Shown in pieces: positions 54,384-64,000 of a stretch of 64,000 nt of DNA. A program made the translations under genes and the position numbers. The DNA is from Macrostomum hystrix. Lineage: Eukaryota > Animalia > Platyhelminthes. The notes beneath the pieces are model-generated. The model was not told the origin of the DNA. It saw only the letters and a program-made list of their open reading frames with translations, and made no database searches. The stretch is taken from assembly GCA_950097015.1 (NCBI GenBank), contig CATNEN010000011.1, positions 3,162,001-3,226,000 of the forward strand. Direction: 5' to 3'. Positions within the stretch are counted from its first letter, which is position 1. Each line of letters opens with the position of its first letter.

Positions 54384-57300
54384 TCACTGAATGTACTTCG
54401 GTCGAACAACAAAGTTCACGAGAGTCTCCTTGTAGGCATCCCAGTTGTAGTAGGACTGCAATTTCTCGTTTAGACTCTCCAGTGTCGGAAACATTTGGAT
54501 CTTGAAATACATGCGGGTAAATTTTTATCGCTTCGATAATCGATAGACTGTTTGACTTCAATTTAAAAAGGTCAACGAGAGCTAGTTGCTTAGTGCTATA
54601 GTGATCAGATTTCTGACTGTAATAGGTAGTTGCTGCATCTGCATCTGTACCTCGTTATTTCATTTTATAATTTTATTAAAATTTGAGAACAATCTTGTGA
54701 TACGCACTCTGAGACTTTAAGTCTTTACTGAGAAGCAAGGAGAAGACCCACAACATATAGAATATAAGAATGCCATCTCACCTCACGCCGCAGCAGCTGA
54801 TAGTATCGCTCCGTCATGTGTTTGAGGAAGAATTCCTTGCTGATGAGGATGCACTCGGCTCCCATAGACACCAGAGTCACCCCAGTGGTGCCGCCAAACA
54901 CTCGAAAGGCGATGGGTTCGAGTCCCTGGTTTGGGAGTTCGATGTTGCAGCGAAAGCCAATTAGAAATATTTGATCACTATACTCCTTGTTATTTGCGGG
55001 TCGACTATCGCCAGGTCAATTTGTCTCTAGCCCACAACCTCGGCAATTATTATATAATACTTTTAGAGGTGTTGCTTATCATACCATATGCCTGTGTCCG
55101 TTGACTTGGAAGCGAATTTCCACCCCAGCTAGTGCCAGTAAGTTGTTTTTCTTTTCGGGAACTAAAGCAATTCGTAATGAATGAGCGCGCCTTAATAAAT
55201 AAATTGTTTCTCCTGCAGGCTGAGATTCGAACTTCAGACCTCTCAGTCATAATTTTGAAGCCCAAATATGGGACTGCTACCTCCTCTACAGCCTCAAATA
55301 TATCTGTCCGGTATTAGGTATTATCCTTAATAAACGCAAAGGATGTTGTAGCCTTGTGGTTAGAGCGTCGGACTCACGACTGAAAGGTTGGGGGTTCGAT
55401 TCTCGACTTCACTGGAATAATTTGTGTCCTTTAGCAAGACACTTCACTTCACATTGTTTCAGTTCACCCAGTTGTTAAATTGGTACCAGCATTAGCTGGG
55501 GTAATTAAGGGTGTGTGTGGTGTCCTCTCCAGTCCATGGACTGAACAGCTGTACACAGCCTTCAGATGCGCCTCCTAATAGCTGCGGCTGTGCTGTCGGC
55601 TGCACATCGGGCTCGATTGGGGCTGTTGTATTAAATTATTTATTGTCATTATTCAATAAACCCAGTGATTCTATAATCGCATATTTCACTTACAAATGTG
55701 TCTCTCCTTTGTAGCACCTTCAGCTGAATGTACAGCCTACCCGATGGTCGCACCACCACCCTTGGCAGTCGGGTTCCTCTGGGCCGGCCGCCCCTGCTGC
55801 TAGGAGGTTCCGGCAGGCAGTCGCGATGCATAAACTCCAGGTAGCGCTGGTCCTCTGAGTCCTCCTCCACTGGGTAGCTGTCGCACATTCTCTGCCTACT
55901 GCGTAGCCGGGGTATTGTGGACGTGGACGGTTGAAGATCCTTCATAACTAGGCAGTGGCCGGACTTTACAATGTAGACGAATTCTGCCGAGTTGCTATCA
56001 CGACAGAGTACGATGCCCTTCCTGCGTATAGCGAAATTGTCTACGCTAATGATAACTTGCTGACTAGGGTTTGGCAATAGAAGACAAGAGCGAATGGAAC
56101 CTGGTCCATGGACTGAGAAGACGCCATAAGCAACCTCAACTACCCCAGCTGATGCTGGTACCCTTTTACCAGCTGGGTAAATAAATCTGCATCGAAGCAA
56201 TGCAGATTTAATAAGTGTCTTTCTAAAGGACAAAGATGGAATTCTAGCACAGTGTTGAACTCACAACTTCAATGTCAAGGGTTCGATTCTTGACCTCACC
56301 GGAAAAATGTGACATTTAGCAAGACACTTAAATCTGCATTACTTCAGTTTACCTAGCTATTAAATGTGTACCAGCATTAGCTGGGGTAATTCAGGGTGGG
56401 TGTGGCTTTCCTCAGTCCATGGACTGAACAGCCGTACGCAGCCTTCGGATGCACCGCGTATAATAGCTGCAGCTGTGGCCCGATTTGGGCAGGTGTGATC
56501 AGTCAATTAACTATTTGTTATTAATTAAGGACAGAATTTGTTCCAGTGGAATCAGAAATCGAACCCCCGACCTTCAAGTCAGTCTAAAGCCCCAAAAACT
56601 ATAGGCAGTGTGGAGTGAGAGTGTAATTTGCATTCGGGGATTGTATGAATCCTGAAATTATGCCCGTGCTCCCCGGAGGGACGCTAAAGTTGCTTATTTT
56701 ACTAAACGAGGAATTAAAACTCAGACCAAATTACCTATTGCAATTAAAAATAAAAAATGTTTGTTACTCTTTTGAATTTACCGCACGTTACTACTACGTT
56801 AAAGGTTATTAAATATTAAACTTCAAAGGTTTGAACTGGGTCCATTGATGATATCACCAATTGACTTAAAATTTGTTTTTTTGTCAGGGCTTTAAAGCAA
56901 ATTCTCCTTTCCTCCCTCCGTCCCTCCCCCAAAGGGGGAATTTATTTGCTAGTCTAATATACTAACGAATAAACACTGTGTCCTACCTAAAGTAGGCGAA
57001 CATGCACACTTTAGGATTATCGTAGGGCAGCTGATCGATCGGCCAGCCAACAATTTTGGGAATTTCGCGCAGGAAGCTGATGTGCTCCGGCTCATCCTCC
57101 GTGTCCAGATTCATGAAGATGTCGATGAAGTCCTCCCGGCTAACAGCCAAAAGTTCGACTTCGTCTTTGCAGTAGACAGTGGCGCTGCGTTTGCCACCGT
57201 ATAAGAGGGCCAGCTCCTGAAATCGTGGAAGTAAAAGTCAATTTAAAAAGCTAAAAATGTAGTTGTCACGGAGAGTAATAGGAAAACTTACTCCGAAACT

Positions 57301-60300
57301 CTCGCCCTTTCTAAGAAATGCCACAGTCTTGTTGAACGGCTCTCCGCTGGGCTTCTTGAGTGCGACGGACACCGCGGCTGAAACATTGCCGTTTATAGGG
57401 GCCAGCAATTAAAACGCTTTGCCTAAAATCATTGACTGTTCAAACACCCATACTTACTAGTTCCAGAAATAATAAAATAATAATTAAGTGCGTTGTGTCC
57501 TTGCCGAATAATGACTTGGTTTGCATTGAACCTGAAAATTGAAAGAGAGCGACTTTGTATTTGTCAAAAAGAAAATAAATTAAACGTGGCCCTGTTACGG
57601 CACATGTTCAACCAAATACCAACGGCAACCAATAGCCGCAAGAATTCAAAGGCGCTACTAACGGTTGTGTACAAATGTTCAGTCCATGGACAGGTTAGGC
57701 CGCCACACATAAAACGCACCAACTGCTAACCCAGTTAATGTTATAAACCATTTTACAGCTGCAGGTTGAATATAAAGCGCTAGGATAATAAGTGTCCCAC
57801 TTAAGGACTGAGATTTGAACTCCTGACCTTTCGGTCAGAAGTCTAAACACCTTGAGCTCCTTTTCAAGCTCCTTGCAAAAAGGCATGTTTGTTAAACTGT
57901 CTCGCAGTGGGGGTGAGTGGCAGAGCGGTTAACGCGTTTGCCTCTCGCACCAAGGTCCCTGAGCTCGATTCCGTGACAAGCCCACATTAACTTGGGGCAC
58001 AGTGAGAGTGTAGCGGTTAACGCAGAGAGAAGGCTTGGAGGCTTGTCGTGCAATTTATACGCCCTTGAGAGCCAACCTCCAAGGCACAGTGAGAGTTTAC
58101 ACTGCCTGACAATGAGAAAGTCAGGGCACATGTAATTCAAACCTTTGCGAGTGTGTGCTGAGGAGTCAGAGGTATGGGCAGAATCGCTGGCTGCAGGTCT
58201 ACTGTCACCAAATAATGTGCCATTTTGTACAGCCCTCCAGAAATTATTACTATTATATAATTAAAAAGCCAGGTGTTTCTAAGAAAATGAATTCTAATTT
58301 AAATGAACTCACGCCGACTCACTTTTCATACCAGCCAACCTTCACCAAGGACTGCTTCATATTGGTTGGGAATTCCGAGAAGGCCTCAACAGCAGTCTGC
58401 AGGCTGACCATCGCAGTGTGGAGCATGTCCTTGGTGCGCAGAAACGGATGAAGGCGGAGAATCTCCTGCGCCTCCGAGCTCAACGTCATCTCCTTCTTGG
58501 CTCGATAATAGGACAGCTGGAAGTTCAGCTCGTCGCCTTTGGACTCCTCAGCTAGATTGCTGGCGATGTCCGAGAAGGTCATCATGCGCATCTGGTTCTT
58601 GCGGGTCTGCTCTCTGAAATGCATCGGGTCGAGAAAAAAATAAGGCCTGATGTGCAGCCAACAGCACAGTAGCAGAGATTGCGCTTACGACTGTTCAGTC
58701 CATGGACTGTAGGGACACCACGTCCTCAACTATGCCCAGCAATTGCTGCTGAATGAACTGAAGCCATGCAGAGCTAAGTATTTTGCTAAATGAAACCAAT
58801 TCTTCCGGTGGAGTCGGGAATCGAACCCCCGACCTTTTAAGTCGTAAATCCGATTCTCTGTCCCACCAGGCTACAACCCTAAACTTACTCGTAAAACGCC
58901 TAAATGACTCAACCTTAGGTTTTCCCTACCAATTCTTGAATCTCTACAGATTGCTAAACATCAGCCTCCGAATGCATCCAATTGCTTAAACCCAAATGCT
59001 TGTCTTTTCTGTGCTTCAGAACGCGCCAATCAAAAGAATGAAAGTAAAGATTTTTTATAAGTATATATGCACTCACTCTTTTGTTGTGCAGGCCTTGATC
59101 AGCAAGTTGACTGTCTTTACTGCGCGTCTCATTCGGTTCAAAGGCTGAAATGATTCAGTGGGAATCAATTGATATTCAACTTTTCGAAAACTTCTACACG
59201 CGAGGGCTTGCGCTTCCAAAGGACGGCCAGGTCTCATCTAATTCCCAAGCATAAAAAATCCCGATCCCACTCCGCAACGCCGAGGCGCTCACAGTGAGGT
59301 TTTTGTGCTTCTTCTTGTGCTGGTGTAGCTTCTTGGCAGCTTCACGAAGCGACTCTCGCGACATGTCGATCTCGGAACCGAACGGTGGAGCATCAGTTGA
59401 GTCCCGCCGAGCGTCCTCCTCCTCCGTCATCGCGGGCTGCTCCTTTTCTGCCAGAAATGAGAACGTGGAGATCTCGGTGCCTTCGTTGTCCTCGATCTTT
59501 CTAGAAAAATCGGCCATAGCCATTTTAAGGGCCGGCTTTTTGCCGCCAGCTGGACCGGTCGGCAGATGAGTCTTCTCAACGCCTGTCCGCTGGACGGTGA
59601 CCATCTCCAAACAACTTAGACAGCTGGAGCCGGAGTCAGAATCCTCAGCAGGGTCTGACGCCTGATTTTGGGCCGCTGCCGCTGGCGCTGAGGCTGCCGC
59701 TTTTCCAATGAGTGAGTCGGAGCTTCTCCTGTCTACTGCCGACTTATCCTCGACTTCGGCATCCTCTGCCGCGTGATCTTCGTCACCGAATGATGATGTA
59801 GAAGCGTCTCCACCGATCGTGCCGCTTACCGTCAGCAGATGCGTTCCGGAGGCGGAGCCCATGGTTGTCAAATGAGGCTGCGTTCGCGTCCTCGCTCTGG
59901 CACTTTTTGCCTGGAAGTTTCTGGCCGCTCGAGCCGCCAGCACTCGCTGGAATTCCAGCGCTGAATGAGGTCGCTGCTGTGTTACATGCATAAATGTGGC
60001 AGCTTCCGTTGCTGCTTTCTCCGCCTCAGTTGCGGTGGCAGCTCGAACCTGTTCTAGACGACGCAGCGTTTCCGAGCTAGTTACGAGTCTTGAGAACACA
60101 CGGCCTTCAACAATGCGAGCGGATTGAGCTCGCTCGTTCCAGCTGCTCGGCTTTCCATCCTCGTTATAAAACCTCGCCGGCTCTTCCGTCAACAGGGGAG
60201 GCGTTGACGATCTTCCTGATGCCATGGAAACTGCAGCGGTGTGCGGCCGTCTTCGGTGACTTCGAGCGGGGACATCTTCGAACCGATTCGCACGATTTTC

Positions 60301-60417
60301 ATCTTCGTCACTGCTAGCGTCCAAGTGCTGCGGTTGCCAGGGGCGACGCTTCACAAACAGGCACCGCTCAGCGTTACGCGGTCGACGCGTAGTTCGTTGC
60401 GGCTGTACGTTGCTCAT
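54384..60417 (-). CDS. CNBD2: Cyclic nucleotide-binding domain-containing protein 2-like (two cNMP-binding domains), about 820 aa
   Basis: Exons 60417-59293, 59144-59077, 58613-58323, 57531-57458, 57377-57292, 57216-56987, 56021-55694, 54925-54782, 54500-54384 (2463 nt, all phases consistent). Motifs VIIRQGHNALNYYFIISGT, GESFGELALLYGGKRSATV, VYIVKSGHCLV, LVSMGAECILISKEFF. The orthology name is by resemblance. Confidence 0.82.
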
Positions 60418-60619
60418 TTGCTAAAGCCAGAGCTGAGCTACTAGGGCAACGCTCTGGCGGTGCTGTGGTTTGAAAACGACCGCTTGCTTTTGCTTATATT
60501 TATTAGCAGCTCGGCTTGGCCACCTTGTCTATCTCTATCCACTAGCTTCTATTGCTCTCGAACAACAATCTCAAACTGAGCAGATGTGGCAATTGTCTTT
60601 TACTGCATCGCCTACCTCT

Positions 60620-60650
<31 letters not shown>

Positions 60651-61395
60651 TTTTTCAGCATTTTTAGTTTGTAGAAAAAACACAGCTTTGAGACGTTGCT
60701 ACACTATCTGCTGCGTTGAGAAGCACTCTGTTACCTATGCTTTATCTTTGAGTTGATGTTGATGCTACTTATTGGGCCTCTTTCAGTCTTTGCTGATTCT
60801 AACCTGGCCCGCAAGCGAATTGCATTGCGAGCCGCTTCCAGTCTCACAGCAATTATGCTCAATTGTGTTTGACCATCGTATTATTGAGACTTTTGCTGCA
60901 ATGAAACTGTGAGTGGAGATCCTACACGCGCTCTTGGCCCATTCTTATCCTTTAAAAAGGTATTGTAAACAGAATTGAAGAACTTTTGCCGATTTCAAAC
61001 GTTAGTAACTACTGCAAGTAATTATTTTTTAATCAGGACCTGATTAACCTAACATAAAATATTTTTGGTAAGATAAATAAAAGCTGCGCTTTTAATGAAA
61101 ATGAGCAATAAAAATCCACAAATTCAAAAGCGTGTTGTTTTTCAAGACAGCGGAGACAATTCTATCTGAAATGACCTTTATTACGTCATCCAAGCACACA
61201 TTTATTTCGACATTTCGATTTTCAAAGTAAACAGTACACACAAAAATAAGCAATAATTGCAGCAGGGCTGCGGGCAATGGCCCATCATTTGGTGACACTA
61301 GGTTCAGGATCAGGTTGGCCCTCAAGGGCGTGAATTGCACGACAGGCCCCGAAGCCTTCTCTCCGCGGCTGCGCCCCAAATGAATGTGGCCTCAC

Positions 61396-62096
61396 CAGGG
61401 GGGGTGTTTTACGAACTGCGACTTAAGACTGACTCCTAAGTTCCAACTTAGGCTCGAACTTAAGACTGAGCCATAAATGCGTTTTACAAACACTTAGGAG
61501 TCACTTCTAACCTCGATATTAGCTAAGGTCGAGCTTTGGTTGTGGACGAGAAAGTTTAAGATAGGGTTGACCATAGACTAATTCCGAGTGGCGTCAAACT
61601 TTAGCCGTTTTATATATGCCTTATTTTAGCCAGAGACACGGTCACAGCTTATAGTATTGGTTTTGACAATCAATATGAGAAGATGGACAATCAAAATGAA
61701 GACAGCCATAGATCTAGATGCAGCAGCTCAGCTCAGCTTCGCAGCAGCTGCGGCTTAGGCCACAGACTTTTGACGATCGAAATGAGAATTGGACCTTACC
61801 TTACAGATAATATAGATAATATAGATAATATAGAATCTGTGGTTCAGAAAGCGACTTGAAATTGAGGACAACTCTAGATGTGTCCTAAAGTTAAGATCGA
61901 CCATGACAGTTTTGGTCATAGACAGTCTCTCTTGATAAAACGCACCAATCGCAAGTTCGATCTTATCTTCCCTTAGGTCAGACCTAAGTTGGATCCCAGC
62001 TAAGATCGACTTTTATCCTTATAGAACACGTCGATCCTAAACTCAATCCTAAGTTTGATCTTAAGATTGAACTCAAGTTCGTAAAACACCCCCCTG
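61396..62096. mobile_element. MITE with CAGGGGGG(G)TGTTTTACGAAC terminal inverted repeats and CTAAG/CTTAG subterminal motifs
   Basis: TIRs directly visible at both ends; no clear TSD; abuts a truncated SINE. Confidence 0.78.
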
Positions 62097-62648
62097 CGCA
62101 CGAAATCCTACTTAGAACCAATAAGCCAACGAAATTAGTGGTCTGACACAAATCTTTTTTGCTCCGTAAGACACAATTAAGCCGCAATCTTATTGGGCAA
62201 ATAAAAAGTCCAAACTAGACAATCTGAAAAGCGCCTTACGAAGGTTTTAGAACTGGTTTAATTCAGAATTGTTGACTCGGAAACAGGTGGGGTAAAGGAC
62301 TAGCTCAAAGTATTGACAGTCAGACTAATAGTGTGCAAAACAATTCTAATTGATTTCCAATTGTGAGTATAAAGCTTTTTCGGCCACTAATTGGTCCTTG
62401 ATCAACTTAATCAAGTGTGCTAGGTTCCTTTAAGTGAAATTAAATATAAATTCAAAGTACGAAAAGCACCGAATAAAGTTATTCGTCGTCTCATGGGTCC
62501 TTTTCAAACATCCAAACATTTTTTGATTCCTAACCCATTTATAAGGCAAGTTCCTGTTTTCTTAGAACGTTTGATCGGCCTGCTACCTATTAGTTCTCTC
62601 ACCTGTAAAAACATTCTATCAGCTGTTAGTCAGTAGCATCAGCTTAGT

Positions 62649-62915
62649 CAGTTGCATCAGCTGATAGACAGTTGCATCAGCTGATAGACAGTTGCATCAG
62701 CTGATAGACAGTTGTATCAGCTGATAGACAGTTGCATCAGCTGATAGACAGTTGCATCAGCTGATAGACAGTTGCATCAGCTGATAGACAGTTGCATCAG
62801 CTGATAGACAGTTGCATCAGCTGATAGACAGTTGCATCAGCTGATAGACAGTAGCATCAGCTGATAGACAGTTGCATCAGCTGATAGACAGTTGCATCAG
62901 CTGATAGACAGTTGC
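62649..62915. repeat. 20-bp minisatellite (CAGTTGCATCAGCTGATAGA), about 13 copies, about 75 bp upstream of the tetraspanin ATG
   Basis: Directly visible tandem array. Confidence 0.95.
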
Positions 62916-62989
62916 GCTGTCTGTTAGAAAATTACTAATTGCTCAACAACTCAATCTCGGAAGCTGCAGGTAAACGGAAAGCTTCGTAC

Positions 62990-64000
62990 ATGGCGCACCG
63001 TCAACGCCGACGCTGCAGTCGGGCAGCTCGAGACAGCGTCCGCGGAGCCATGAAGGCAGCCGTCCTGGTTTTGAACGCCGGCGCTGTGTTCTTCTCCGTG
63101 GTGGTGCTGTCGTCAGGAGCTCTGATCGGCAGCTCGGATGCCTCCACCGTGACGGCGCACATCTGGAATCGGGTCAAACAAATGCCCAGGTGCGTGGCCT
63201 CTGATTTAAATAAGATAACTTTTTATTTATCACCGCAGGTAGTGTCAACAGGCAGTATTAACTAGTAGTGTAGCTTCCCTGTAGTCTCAACATGTAGAGT
63301 CAAATGGTAATGTCATCAGGTTAACTTTAACATATAGCTTCGAAGTTAGTGTTATATTTACTCGTGGTAATAACAGGTAGTGCCCATGGATAGTGTCAAC
63401 AGGTTATGTCAACAGGTAGTGTCAGCAGGTAGAGTGGTAAGAAGATGTAGTCAAAGGTGGAGTCATAACAGGCCTGCACTATGGGTCCTGAGTTCGTGTC
63501 CCCATCCGTGTGTGTGTGTGTGCGCTCAGGAGTCGGTCATCATTCGCATAAAATCTGCCTGTAGATACTCAGCACTCTACACTGGCATGCACTACTCTGC
63601 CGACACCGCCTATCAGACGTGCTTCACCTGGCCCGCAAACATTCTCTCCCTGATGGGTCTGGGTGGACTTCTTCTAGCCATCTCCACAATGGCAGCGGTC
63701 ACGTGCGGCAGTCGACAGGCACTGCAGGTCCAGGCCGGTGTCTCGGCCATCTGCCTGCTGTGCCTCCTGAGCCTCATGATGGCCGTGAGCTTCGGAGATC
63801 TGCAAATTAAAGCTCAGAGCAGCTTGAAAGCTCAGGTGCTCGCCTGGACAGCAGCCTACTCAGCCTCGACAGCGTCTAGCAGCGTCGGCGGTTCGACCAC
63901 CCTGAGCAGCAGCTCGACGGTTGCTTTCGGCACCGCTTTTCTCGACTATCTGCAGATGACTCGCAAGTGCTGCGGTTGGACGAACTACAGCGACTATCCG
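62990..64000 (+). CDS. Tetraspanin-family protein, partial (runs off the window end)
   Basis: Exon 62990-63189 spliced to 63565-64000 gives three hydrophobic segments, then FLDYLQMTRKCCGWTNYSDY (tetraspanin EC2 CCG motif). Confidence 0.82.

Overview
Eukaryotic (metazoan) genomic DNA: spliceosomal GT-AG genes with GC-rich exons, tRNA-derived SINEs, MITEs, an LTR derivative and many minisatellites. A free-living flatworm such as Macrostomum is a guess from genome style only. By hand-splicing I reconstruct: a partial type I membrane protein with a duplicated Cys-rich three-exon module (+, 408-4117, missed by the ORF track); ZnT5/SLC30A5 (+, 7455-15022), four of whose five coding introns each carry a different minisatellite; TIPIN/Swi3 with a long acidic repeat tail (+); a roughly 1231-aa Hillarin/KY-like pseudo-transglutaminase with an RS-rich region and a dynein-stalk-like C-terminus (-); a tandem cluster of zinc-finger/coiled-coil/beta-propeller (TRIM-NHL-like, RING-less) genes (-, 31.5-45 kb); AKAP17A (-); a CNBD2-like gene (-); and a partial tetraspanin (+). 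The most notable observations are an 83-nt templated insertion in one cluster paralog that forms a perfect frame-restoring GT-AG intron (candidate newborn intron), an internally deleted LTR element with TATA...TATA termini and a 5-bp TSD, and 3' splice acceptors just before most start codons (possible spliced-leader trans-splicing). All coordinates were counted by hand; repeat boundaries are approximate. No CRISPR array, rRNA or genuine tRNA was found.
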